In this document: positions 22,548 to 33,968 of the stretch, piece after piece | How the letters are laid out: each line of letters starts with the position of its first letter | How positions within the stretch are numbered: position 1 is the stretch's first letter | Assembly (NCBI GenBank): GCA_002269645.1 | Contig: NIVC01004293.1 | Span: 1-51,479, forward strand | Source: Macrostomum lignano | Taxonomy: Eukaryota | DNA: 51,479 nt | Direction of reading: 5' to 3' | The notes under the pieces: model-generated | Database searches by the model: none | Seen by the model: only the letters and a program-made list of their open reading frames with translations | What the model was told of the DNA's origin: nothing | Program-made: the position numbers and the translations under genes

Positions 22548-22693
22548 AAAGGCAAGAATAAGTGTCCAGCGGGCACAAAGTTCATGGTACAATTAAGCTT
22601 GTAGCAAAAAGATGAGCCCGGCATTTAAGAGAAAAAAGCAGCCGTATAAAAACACCGACTTTACTCGGTACAACTGCATGGCTAATAACAAAA

Positions 22694-23188
22694 ATGTTCA
22701 CCTCTACCGAGCCGAACAAACGAACGATACTCTTCTCAGCGGCTGTGTCGGCCACCATCCAGCATTTGGAGGCTGGCAGGCGGGGCATCGCTCCGGAGAA
22801 GGACATGTGGCGCACGGACCTGTACCGGCATATCAAGACCAAAGGCGAGGTGACCAATGCTGAAGTCTGGGAGGATGTGATGAAGAATGTTAGCGAAGTG
22901 GACCTCACACCGGAGGCCGTGTACAAGATGTCCGTCACAGACGGGGTGCTGAAAAGCAGTCACGTGGTGGCGGAGGTCAGCCGGCTGTCGCACGGAGTCG
23001 GCATGGAGATCGGCATGGCCATCGCCAATGGCATCCCCGTCCTCTGCCTGTACCGCGCCTTCAACGGCGATGACTTCGCGCCGCCGGACAACCTGTCCCG
23101 TATGATTCGAGGCGCTCCGGTCACCGTGGTGGAGTACGGCAGCGTGAGGGAGGCCAAGGAGGCCATCGATCGGTTCTTCGAGCAATGA
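22694..23188 (+). CDS. DNPH1: DNPH1/Rcl-like 2'-deoxynucleoside 5'-phosphate N-hydrolase, copy 1
   Basis: VVAEVSRLSHGVGMEIGMA, VLCLYR, LSRMIRGA and IDRFF match DNPH1 VVAEVTQPSLGVGYELGRA, ILCLFR, LSAMIRGA and LDRYF; intronless. Confidence 0.85.
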   Translation: MFTSTEPNKRTILFSAAVSATIQHLEAGRRGIAPEKDMWRTDLYRHIKTKGEVTNAEVWEDVMKNVSEVDLTPEAVYKMSVTDGVLKSSHVVAEVSRLSHGVGMEIGMAIANGIPVLCLYRAFNGDDFAPPDNLSRMIRGAPVTVVEYGSVREAKEAIDRFFEQ

Positions 23189-24314
23189 ATTGTTCCATTG
23201 CATCATCGAAGACATCTTTGAGTAATTTGTGCATCTGGACCACGAGCGCATTGACAAGATTGTACAATTATTATGATACAGGGAGTTAGAGTTTAGGCTT
23301 CTGGTAATTGACTTAAATCGACTGCCATCGGATAAAGTGCAGATCTTATTCTACAACAAGATGAATTTGCACCTCCAAATACGAGCGAACCTTGATGTAT
23401 TTGTTCGATTTTCGAAATTCTAAGGTCAGTATGTTTCTAGATTGTGCCGCTTCATCATGTTGCGCTTCCCAGTTAAGTGTTCCATTAGAATCATTTTTAA
23501 ACGCAAAAGTGACACGGCTTCTGAGACAGAACGAAGTTTGTTATAGCACTCATAAGTGATAAAGTGCCCAGTAACAGTGCTGCAAAGGCAATTCACCAGC
23601 TACAAACTTCACCAAACGCTAACAACGCGGAGCTATTATCAGATTTCGGTTGAAAAGCTTTACTCGTAATCTCTGCAAAGCACCGTTCATGCATTGCAGC
23701 CGCAGTATACATGCAAGGCGTGAAACAGGATTTAAGCTGTGTTTTAAAAAATAGACGTGTGATTATTGCAATAAGTTATAAACAAAACCTGTGCATTTAC
23801 CTGGTATTATATGCGATTCTGCTGGCACTACTAGACGCGTATTTAGCTACAAGGTGTATGCAGGTTACTTCTTCGTTGCACAGACCTGCATATTCGTGGC
23901 TTAAACTATACCTAATTAGAACGGAAAATGTAAGTGCATTTTTTGCTATCTATAGTTGGAGTTAATGCATGCATCTCGTGGACAGCTGAAGTAGGACGCT
24001 ACGCTCGAGTTTCTTAGAAACGCTACATCTATCGTATCGTTAGTGCAGCTAGTTATTCTCTCGAGAAATCAGACATTTCTCAACTGAATTTGTCTCTGGC
24101 GAAACCCCATTCAGCGCTATGCGTCCTCTAGAGCACATTAAATGCACTAGCGATACGAACGACCTTCATCGCCAAAGTCCATCTCATTTCTAAGAAAATA
24201 GAGACGTGTAGCGTCCTACTGCCTGCATTTCTCCATGATGCAATATTACGATATTATGAATCTGCATATTGCAAAGGCCAGATGAAGAATCTAATGTAGC
24301 GCACGAGGTACTGC

Positions 24315-24514
24315 GGGGCCAGAGGAGGGGAGAGAGGAGAGGAGAGAAGCTACGACGTAGAATAGAGGAGAGAACAGAGAGGAGATTAGAGAGAAGAGAG
24401 CTGAGGAGACGCAAACCTTGATTGAACAAGGCCAGATTGCTATTGTGAATTTTTAGAAGTACCAAGAGCCGGGAGAGAGGCTTGGCGGGCCGCAGTTTGC
24501 CAACCCCAGCTCTA
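24315..24514. mobile_element. GA tract followed by a hAT-type MITE terminus
   Basis: gggccgcagtttgccaacccc (24487-24507) is the reverse complement of a GGGGTTGGCAAACTGCGGCCC hAT/Charlie-like end. Confidence 0.5.
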
Positions 24515-24668
24515 TAAAGCTATATTGGCGGAAAATACGTATAACCGGTACTAATCACTTTACAGGTCTAGAAAACTAATTATAGCTTCCCCTTATCTTA
24601 TAACTGTCATAAAATGTCAACTAACGAGCCAGATAACGGCACGGACGACCGATAGGCTGAGAAACTAC

Positions 24669-25163
24669 ATGGCAAGCGCTACTGGCACCAACAAGATCTA
24701 CTTTGCCGCGGCTGTGTCGGCCACCATCCAGCATCTGGAGGCTGGCAAGGGTGGTGTCAGGCCAGAGAAGGACATGTGGCGCACGGAACTCTACGAGCAT
24801 ATCAAGACCAAGGGCGAGGTGACCAACCCGGATCTCTGGGATGATGTTTTGAAAAAGGCGAGCGAGGGAGACAACAAGCCGAACGATGTGTACACCTACT
24901 CCGTCACAGACGGGGTGCTGAAAAGCAGTCACGTGGTGGCGGAGGTCAGCCGGCTGTCGCACGGAGTCGGCATGGAGATCGGCATGGCCATCGCCAATGG
25001 CATCCCCGTCCTCTGCCTGTACCGCGCTTTCAACAGCGATGACTTCGCGCCGCCGGACAACCTGTCCCGTATGATTCGCGGCGCTCCGGTCACCGTGGTG
25101 GAGTACGGCAGCGTGCGGGAGGCCAAGGAGGCCATCGATCGGTTCTTTGACAACAAGAAATGA
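24669..25163 (+). CDS. DNPH1: DNPH1/Rcl-like N-hydrolase, copy 2
   Basis: Same motifs as copy 1; N-terminal KIYFAA retains the family Tyr. Confidence 0.85.
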   Translation: MASATGTNKIYFAAAVSATIQHLEAGKGGVRPEKDMWRTELYEHIKTKGEVTNPDLWDDVLKKASEGDNKPNDVYTYSVTDGVLKSSHVVAEVSRLSHGVGMEIGMAIANGIPVLCLYRAFNSDDFAPPDNLSRMIRGAPVTVVEYGSVREAKEAIDRFFDNKK

Positions 25164-25462
25164 GCCAGAAACGATTGCTGCAGACCTATCAATAAGTTTG
25201 TTAGGCTTCTGATTTTCTTATATTATACCTCTGGTTGTACCTGTGGAGCTGACAGGCTGGTAGCAGTAAAGTCTTAGAGCCATCGCTCGTACAAGACTTA
25301 CAGACTTAACAGCTGTATCCATTTAGCATATTTGCGCGTATGTTACTTTATGTGGCAATTTGACTGTAGACCCAAAATCCTAATTCTAGCCTTAGCCTAA
25401 GCCCTGAACTAAAACATAACCCGACCTAACCCAAACCCTTTACCCAAAACAACCATCCATCA

Positions 25463-26390
25463 GTGTGTCAGGGCGATTGTATCAGTATCAGAGCGATTCT
25501 ATCATTGTCAGGGCGATTCTGTCAGTGTGAGAGCGATTCTATCATTGTCAGGGCAATTCTAACATTGTCAGGGCGATTCTGTCAGTGTGAGAGCGATTCT
25601 ATCATTGTCAGGGCGATTCTATCATTGTCAGGGCGATTCTGTCAGTGTGAGAGCGATTCTATCATTGTCAGGGCGATTCTATCATTGTCAGGGCGATTCT
25701 GTCAGTGTGAGAGCGATTCTATCATTATCAGGGCAATTCTATCATTGTCAGGGCGATTCTGTCAGTGTTAGAGCGATTCTATCATTGTCAGGGCGATTCT
25801 ATCATTGTCAGGGCGATTCTGTCAGTGTGAGAGCGATTCTATCATTATCAGGGCAATTCTATCATTGTCAGGGCGATTCTGTCAGTGTTAGAGCGATTCT
25901 ATCATTGTCAGGGCGATTCTATCATTGTCAGGGCGATTCTGTCAGTGTGAGAGCGATTCTATCAGTGTCAGGGCGATTCTATCAGTGTCAGGGCGATTCT
26001 GTCAGTGTGAGAGCGATTCTATCAGTGTCAGGGCGATATTCTTATCAGTGTGAGAGCGATTTTATCAGTGTCAGGGTGATTTTATCAGTGTCAGGGCGAT
26101 TCTATCATTGTCAGGGCGATTCTGTCAGTGTGAGAGCGATTCTATCAGTGTCAGGGCGATTCTGTCAGTGTGAGAGCGATTCTATCAGTGTCAGGGCGAT
26201 TCTATCAGTGTCAGGGCGATTCTATCAGTGTCAGGGCGATTTCATCAGTGTCAGGGCGAATCTGTCAGTATCAGGGCGATTCTTGCAGTGTCAGGGCGAT
26301 TCTGTCAGCGTCAGGGCGATTTTATCAGTGCCAAGGGATTCTATCAGTGTCAGAAAGATTCTATCAGTGTCAGGGCGATTCTTGCAGTAT
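25463..26390. repeat. Minisatellite, 20-nt unit, about 46 copies, with 60-nt higher-order structure in the left half
   Basis: atca(t/g)tgtcagggcgattct alternating with gtcagtgtgagagcgattct. Confidence 0.97.
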
Positions 26391-26974
26391 CAGGACTGGT
26401 CTATTTTAGAAAAATCATGCTACAACTTGCGCAACTTTCGAGTATGTTATAGCTGTTGTTTTTAAAAATAATACTCTGCTATCGGTAATCCGTCAGAACA
26501 TTGCGGCCTCACTAAAAAGACACTGACACATAAAGGAGACCATAACTTAGGTACTCTCTCATAAAGCCTTTTCTCTGAATTGTTAATTAAATGAGCCGTC
26601 CTAATTTCCCCGAGGCTTATTCTGATCAAGAAAACCTCATTTTTCCAGTTCTGCCGTTAAAAAATTTAACACATTGACTCAAGCAGCACAGCTCAATTAG
26701 AGGTTCAATAAAAGTTAATTATTAGAGCAATTCTCTGGACAAAAACATGTGTCTATTCGAAATGAAACAATCTAATTTAGAAAGCCACCTGAGCCGCCAG
26801 TGCATTTTTTGTGTAGTAAAAATTAAGGATGTACACTTGAAATTGCGTTAGCTAATTAGGGAATAGATTAATGATATATGGTTTTGTTTTTGACGATCAA
26901 AACGAGACTTTAATCAAACAAAACGAGACTCCATATGCTTTGAATATAAACCAGCACGAGCGATGTTAAGAAAA

Positions 26975-27100
26975 GCCATAGACTATACGGCAGTATGAGC
27001 CATAGACTATACGGCAGTATGAGCCATAGACTATACGCCAGTATGAGCCATAGACTATAGGCCAGTATGAGCCATAGACTATACGGCAGTAAGCCATAGA
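26975..27100. repeat. 24-nt tandem repeat, about 5 copies
   Basis: gagccatagactatacggcagtat. Confidence 0.92.
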
Positions 27101-28316
27101 TTAACAATGGAAAATCAAACTGGGATGGGTATGAGTTGACACAAACCTATTTAATGAAAACTCGGCGGCGATCCTATAAGCGGATGCATACAGCAACAAC
27201 TCCTAATCAATCGACACTTTGCGTCCAATTTCGACAGTGGGCTATAAAAAATACTAATCTTTTTGTTTTATCTATGGCTGAGACTGCAAGCAGTTTTTCA
27301 CTTGAGAGGACAATGATGTAGAATGGATGATCTGTTATTGACTACGTCGAGCATTCTTTATCTATTATTCCCTCTCCGTAATTTTCCCTTGCGGTAGTCT
27401 CTTTTAGATCTTCAAAAGCGATATTAATAAAGAATAATAAAGTCAAAATTAACGAAATCGAAATTTTTTTTAAAACAATAAGTGCCCAGCGGCGAATGAG
27501 CAAATATTAAACTGCGAAATTGAATGCGGAACAAACTACTGAAAGCAGTAGCGGGTACGAAAAAAACAGCGCGCAAGGCGGTGGAGGGAATGTCTAAAAT
27601 CCAGCAACTAAGGTACAGATATATTGTTTATTAATAGCAATACTTAGTAACAAAATATATGTAAGAGCCAAAGGTGCAGTCGAGGAAGACGCTGGTGCAA
27701 TATAGATAGGGCTAGAAGTTGAGAAACAATAACCAAAACTGGAATTCCAATCAAATTTGTGAATTGTAATTAGCATAATTAATAAGGAATATATGATAAG
27801 AAAGACGCGCAACCTGCAGAGAAAAAAGTCTCACAGTCCTGGCCCTGTCATGTCCTGGAGTTTGCTAAACAGGGAAGAATCCAGTTTGATTGATTGAACA
27901 GGCATACACAGTTGTGACCAATGCAAATAAGTAGCATATGAAGCACAATGGCACCAAAAATATACAGGAAAAATTGATTATTTCCATTTAATTTTCAAGC
28001 ACCAATTGATGCATAATCATTTCAGGTGCAATTTATGTACACTGGGAGTGCAGAAAATAAGTGTTTTACGAAAAATCACAGCAACTGACAGTGAATACAA
28101 CACTGATATACTTCATTTTTAAGGCTGTTTTGCACTGCACAGCCAACTTAAAGAGTTATACTACTTATAAGTAAGTAGATCTAGGCATCGGGCCAATCTT
28201 CAGTCGGAGACAGGGCAGGGGCAGCAACTGGCACATGGAGGAAAGGCAGACATAGACGAGATTTTTACCTAATTAAATATTAATGTTATCAATCATCCTG
28301 TGACGCTGGAACTCAT

Positions 28317-28346
28317 TCAGGTGCCGGATGAGGCGGCCAGACTGCG
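28317..28346 (-). CDS. SSX2IP: Candidate terminal exon of SSX2IP (RSLAASSGT*, or alternative acceptor giving SGRLIRHLNEFQRHR...)
   Basis: Acceptor ttcgaatttcag just past the 24-mer array; reading frame ambiguous; no recognisable homology. Confidence 0.3.
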   Translation of the reverse strand, partial: RSLAASSGT

Positions 28347-28409
28347 CTGAAATTCGAAAGAGTGCGGGGTTGTTCAAGACTGGAGAAAATTTGATCAATT
28401 GATTCCTGC

Positions 28410-29570
28410 CTTGCAGCTACAGAGTGGGGTTGCAGTGCAGCTACAGAATGGGGTTGCAGTGCAGCTACAGAGTGGGGTTGCAGTGCAGCTACAGAATGGG
28501 GTTGCAGTGCAGCTACAGAATGGGGTTGCAGTGCAGCTACAGAATGGGGTTGCAGTGCAGCTACAGAGTGGGGTTGCAGTGCAGCTACGAATGGGGTTGC
28601 AGTGCAGCTACAGAATGGGGTTGCAGTGCAGCTACAGAGTGGGGTTGCAGTGCAGCTACGAATGGGGTTGCAGTGCAGCTACAGAGTGGGGTTGCAGTGC
28701 AGCTACAGAATGGGGTTGCAGTGCAGCTACAGAATGGGGTTGCAGTGCAGCTACAGAATGGGGTTGCAGTGCAGCTACAGAGTGGGGTTGCAGTGCAGCT
28801 ACGAATGGGGTTGCAGTGCAGCTACAGAGTGGGGTTGCAGTGCAGCTACAGATTGGGGTTGCAGTGCAGCTACAGAATGGGGTTGCAGTGCCGCTACAGA
28901 ATGGGGTTGCAGTGCAGCTACAGAATGGGGTTGCAGTGCAGCTACAGAGTGGGGTTGCAGTGCAGCTACAGAATGGGGTTGCAGTGCAGCTACAGAATGG
29001 GGTTGCAGTGCAGCTACAGAATGGGGTTGCAGTGCAGCTACAGAGTGGGGTTGCAGTGCAGCTACGAATGGGGTTGCAGTGCAGCTACAGAGTGGGGTTG
29101 CAGTGCAGCTACAGAATGGGGTTGCAGTGCCGCTACAGAGTGGGGTTGCAGTGCAGCTACAGAGTGGGGTTGCATTGCAGCTACAGAATGGGGTTGCAGT
29201 GCAGCTACAGAATGGGGTTGCAGTGCAGCTACAGAGTGGGGTTGCAGTGCAGCTACAGAATGGGGTTGCAGTGCAGCTAGAGTGGGGTTGCAGTGCCGCT
29301 ACAGAGTGGGGTTGCAGTGCCGCTACAGAGTGGGGTTGCAGTGCCGCTACAGAATGGGGTTGCAGTGCAGCTACAGAATGGGGTTGCAGTGCAGCTACAG
29401 AATGGGGTTGCAGTGCAGCTACAGAGTGGGGTTGCTGTGCAGCTACAGAATGGGGTTGCAGTGCAGCTACAGAATGGGGTTGCAGTGCAGCTAGAGTGGG
29501 GTTGCAGTGCCGCTACAGAGTGGGGTTGCAGTGCCGCTACAGAATGGGGTTGCAGTGCAGCTACAGAAGG
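28410..29570. repeat. Minisatellite, 24-nt unit (23-nt variants), about 48 copies
   Basis: gcagtgcagctacaga(a/g)tggggtt. Confidence 0.98.
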
Positions 29571-29658
29571 GGCCAATGGTGTGCTATGTAAAGAATGGTT
29601 TAACTTTGCCAGCATCAATACAATAACTCAAAACAGAACTTATGATTAAAAAATCTAC

Positions 29659-30111
29659 CTTAATAAGCTGTTCCTGTCGATGCATGAGTTCTTCGTACGA
29701 GCTCAGCCGCTCCTTGAGCTGTCGCATCTGCTCCTGCATCATCACGGAATCCTCGCCGTTGGAGGCGGAGCTTCCAGCGCCGGCAACAGCCGCGGGACCG
29801 CCCCCGCCGTCGGCTGAGCGGCCCCTGGCGCCCGGCTGGCCAAGGCGAGTCCGCAGGCGATCGCAGCCGGCTTTCAGCTGCCTGTCCAGCCGGTCCTTCA
29901 GCAGCTGGTAGGGCAGCTTCAGCAGATTCTCGTGCAGCTCCTCTTCGTCGGCGGGATCCCCGTTGGCATCGGCTTCGGCGTTCTCGTCCTGCTCGGCGCT
30001 GGCCAACGACAACAGTTGGAGCTCGCGCAGTTGGCGGTGCACGCGGAACAAAGAGTCGCGTAGCTCTTGGTTCTCGGCTGCCAGCTCCGCTTGACGCGAC
30101 TCCAACTGAGC
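29659..30111 (-). CDS. SSX2IP: SSX2IP/ADIP exon 3
   Basis: cattcgcag|GCT...AAG|gtagat; LESRQAELAAENQELRDSL resembles YEYRQKQILMENAELKKVL; HENLLKLPYQLLKDRL; 151 codons. Confidence 0.8.
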
Positions 30112-30189
30112 CTGCGAATGTGAAGCACACTGATTTATGATGGGGCGACAGCAGGGCAGCTGCACAGGAATTTTCGAGCTATGAGAGTC

Positions 30190-30915
30190 GAATAGGGCGA
30201 TTATTGGTGGAGATTAAGGAGCGATTCTTGGTGGAGATTAAGGAGCGATTCTTGGTGGAGATTAAGGAGCGATTCTTGGTGGAGATTAAGGGGCGATTCT
30301 TGGTGGAGATTTAGAGGCGATTCTTGGCGGAGATTTAGAGGCGATTCTTGGCGGAGATTTAGGGGTGATTCTTGGTGGAGATTAGGGAGCGATTCTTGGT
30401 GGAGATTTAGGGGTGATTCTTGGTGGAGATTTAGGGGCGATTCTTGGCGGAGATTTAGGAGCGATTCTTGGTGGAGATTAAGGGGCGATTCTTGGTGGAG
30501 ATTTAGGGGCGATTCTTGGCGAAGATTTAGGGGCGATTCTTGGTGGAGATTTAGGGGCGATTCTTGGCGGAGATTTAGGGGCGATTCTTGGTGGAGATTT
30601 AGGGGCGATTCTTGGCGGAGATTTAGGGGCGATTCTTGGTGGAGATTTAGGGACGATTCTTGGCGGAGATTAGGGGCGATTCTTAGCCGGGATTTAGAGG
30701 CGATTCTTGGCGAAGATTTAGGGGCGATTCTTGGTGGAGATTTAGGGGCGATTCTTAGGGGCGATTCTTGGCGGAGATTTAGGGGCGATTCTTGGCGGAG
30801 ATTTGGGGGCGATTCTTGGCGGAGATTTAGGGGCGATTCTTAGCCAGGATTTAGAGGCGATTGCTGACGGAGATTTAGGGGTGATTCTTAGCGGAGATTA
30901 AGGGGCGATTCTTTA
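30190..30915. repeat. Intronic minisatellite, 24-nt unit, about 30 copies
   Basis: ggagatttaggggcgattcttgg(t/c). Confidence 0.97.
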
Positions 30916-31039
30916 GTGCTATTTAACTCAAACTGTTACAGCTTCTAGCAGAGTATTATATTGGTTTGCAAGGCATGCAAAGCATTATTAATACACCAAT
31001 TAACAACCTGATAATTGCGCTGAAACTTAGGAATTTGCG

Positions 31040-31293
31040 CCTGGTCAGACTGGGCCAGCAGGCTGCTATAGTGGGCCCGATCGTCGCTGGCGGTTAATCT
31101 GCTCAGTGGAGCCACCGCAGCGGCGTTGGTGGAGCTGACTCGAGCCCAGGCTGCCCGGCGACCGTCCGCCCTGGGCAGCTGGTTCAGCACCTCGATGCAG
31201 GACAGGCGGACCGGGCCCAGGCTGTTGGATAAGCCGGCCTGGAGGCGCTCGCGCAGCCGGTCAGCCTCTTTGGAGAGTTTGCGGCGCTCGTGC
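31040..31293 (-). CDS. SSX2IP: SSX2IP/ADIP exon 2 (donor position uncertain)
   Basis: ctcccag|G; HERRKLSKEADRLRERL...EVLNQLPRADGRRAAW matches HDMKRKEREYNKLKERL...DILNYVGRADGKRGSW. Confidence 0.8.
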
Positions 31294-31559
31294 CTGGGAG
31301 CGAATTGAGAGTTTGAGTAGCTTCATCAGTGTCAGGGCGATTCTATCAGCGTCAGGGCGATTCTCCCGACCGAAAAGATTTGTCCTTTGAAAAACAGTAG
31401 GTCGTGTCACTTCCACTGCGAGTTCTTCCACAAATATGCCCTTTGACAGAGTTATAATTGTCTTTGTATGTCCTTTTTGGCACACTTTGCACAATTGTAC
31501 CAGTTGTGCCACAGCTATGCCGTTTGGCACAGTTATAAATGCCTCAGTGAGGCATCAGG

Positions 31560-32220
31560 TGCCTCACTGATTCCCAATCGCTTCTTCGATCCCTTCAACA
31601 AGGGCCTGCGAAAGCGCGCTCTCCAGACTGCTGCGCGATTTGGGAGCTTCTCCTCTCCATCTCGGTCTCTACGCATATCGACCTGCAATGGGTGCCAGGC
31701 CACGCTGGGCTCCTCCTCAACGAACTGGCGGACGTGACTGCCAAAGCCGGCCCGGCTCTCGATCAGACCCACGCTAAGATCAGACTGGCTGCGGCTAAAG
31801 CTTTAGCGGCGATCGACCGCTCCGCTAAGTCTCGCTTCAAAGCAGACTACAGCGCGGACCCGCACTGCATCACGCACCGCCTGACCACAGGAAACGGCGC
31901 CAGACCCAAAAGACCGCTCACCAGAAAAGACGAGGTTACCCTCGCTCAACTCCGCACCGGCCAATCTCCCTTGCTCCAGCAGTATCGCCACCGCATCGGC
32001 CAAGCCGACAGCCCTACGTGCCCGCACTGCGGCGAAGCCGATGAGGACCTGGAGCATTTGATTAAGTCATGCCGTACTCACCAACAAGCCAGAGACCGGC
32101 ACCTCGGCAAAAACCCCGAGCCTCCAAGCGCTCAGCGACAGTTGCAAGCGGGTGGTGGACTTCCTGAAGGAGATCGGGGCACAGACCCGACCACGGACTG
32201 ACCGGCCGGAAACAACAACA
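31560..32220 (+). mobile_element. 5'-truncated RNase H-containing LINE (I-group-like) 3' end, antisense in SSX2IP intron 1
   Basis: LTDSQSLL...LQWVPGHAGLLLNELAD (RNase H); TLAQLRTG; CPHCGEADEDLEHLIKSC (CCHC knuckle); (aac)n tail; ATCAGG at 31554-31559 and 32221-32226 as probable TSD. Confidence 0.9.
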
Positions 32221-33077
32221 ATCAGGACTGCATCGTTGCTCCGACTCCTGCACTATTGGCGGCTGAGTAGACTCACGGCGGACGACAAACAGCGCGGTAC
32301 GCGGTACGAAGCCCACATAAGAGAGGGTCCTTACTAGACGTATGCCGAGGCCAAGCGAAATGAGCGCACATGTGCTCATTTACCGACGGTGCCAACACCT
32401 AAAACGTTTCCACAGTGTGTGTCGTATGTTGTCGCCATGGCTAAGCGAGATGCTGCATATAAAACTCTCGAGGAAGAATTTCGAGAGTGAGTACGAGCGA
32501 AAGGAGCTTGCGTTGCGGCTTGAAAGCGCCCGGGATCAGCTGTGTCAATTGACGCAGAAAAACGAGGAACTCATTAACGCCGTAACGCAAGCGACTGGAC
32601 CGCAGGCTTTGGAAGCGTGCGCCGCGTCTACACCAGGGGTGCAACTTGCACCGAGGCTGCGGCGTCAGTAGCTTCGATTTCGGCGGATGATCTGTACTCA
32701 TTGACAACCTGCGACATGATCTGTTTAGACGCTGTAAAATGGCGCAACCGCGTTGATTGACGCCATTACAAAGAAAATAAAGCAGCTAGCTTGCGGACCC
32801 AGCCGTCACAATTGCCAACATGCTGGCCGACGACGATGAGGCACTTGATGCTATGGTAAGCTATTAATAGTCCTTCATTTATGATCGCGCACATATCCTA
32901 TCTACTCAAATGATCTCCAATCCTCAAATAACATACCTAAAATAAAACACCAGTTATTTTGCGCTTTGTCAGGGCGATTCTATCAGTGGCATGGCGATTT
33001 TCTCAGTGTCAGGGAGATTGCAAAGTCAAAGTCAATTTTTAAGTGAATTTTGCAGCCAGTAAAACAAACAATCGCAC

Positions 33078-33616
33078 CTGTGCTGGGTGTCCCGCTGCTG
33101 CAACTGCTGGTTCAATCGCTTCGCCTCGTCGCGAGCCTCTCTAAGCTGATCGTTAAGCCGGCGGCCGCGCTCGTCCAATCGGCGCTCGCGTTCGCGCAGC
33201 CCGGCCGACTGGCTGGCCGCATCGCGCGCCGTCTCCTGCAGTCGCTGCTCGGCCCGGCGAGAGTCGCGCAGCTCGGATTCCAAGCGCCGGTTTTTATCTT
33301 CCAGAGCTTCGCGAGCGTCCCGCGACCGATGATAGAGCGCCACCAGCTGCTGGCAGGCCGACGCCAGCGCCGACACGTTCAGCTCGTCGGCCGATGCCGT
33401 CAGAAACAGGCCGGGCAGGCCGAGCACCGACAGCTCCTGGTCGAGATGACGAAGCGACGAATCCGGGCCGCGGCGTAGCGACAATCGAAGCTGCTGCTGT
33501 TGATGAAGATAAGGATGCTGATGATGCTGCATCGGCCCTAGTTCGAATGGATCCGCATAACCAGCCAAAGGCGACGTTGCCGCCGAAGATAGCGAATAGC
33601 GACGCGTAGTCGACAT
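33078..33616 (-). CDS. SSX2IP: SSX2IP/ADIP (afadin- and alpha-actinin-binding, Msd1) exon 1
   Basis: LRHLDQELSVLGLPGLF...ELNVSAL...coiled coil...RDTQHR matches ISYLDQELTTFGFPSLY...ELNIVAV...RATQYN; donor CACAG|gtgcga. Confidence 0.85.
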
Positions 33617-33837
33617 TGGGCTGCCGACTTTATTCAGTCTGTCTGCTGTCTAATTCTCTCTATCAATACACGGGACTTTAACTGCACAGCCTGCAAGACA
33701 AAGGAGGGGGAGCGGAGTAGAAATTCAAGTGAAAGAAAAACGTTTGACTACTTTAAGTAGGTAAAAAGCTGGAGCAAATTTACCGTATTTCAAAGGGCGA
33801 ATGCATCGTCATCAAATTAGTGCACAGTGCCTACGGC

Positions 33838-33840
33838 GTT

Positions 33841-33903
<63 letters not shown>

Positions 33904-33904
33904 C

Positions 33905-33939
<35 letters not shown>

Positions 33940-33968
33940 CTCTATCTATCTATCTATCTATCTATCTA
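33838..33968. repeat. (CTAT)n microsatellite
   Basis: About 32 tetramer units with two ctct interruptions. Confidence 0.98.

Noticed and set aside
27594-27812. 72-aa minus-strand ORF after a strong acceptor near 27815 as an SSX2IP coding exon
   Set aside because: AT-rich, phase-0 reading stops after 20 codons, no homology; at most a UTR exon.
32342-32671. 109-aa coiled-coil-like ORF in SSX2IP intron 1
   Set aside because: No recognisable family; antisense intronic and probably a repeat fragment; cannot be supported without a search.
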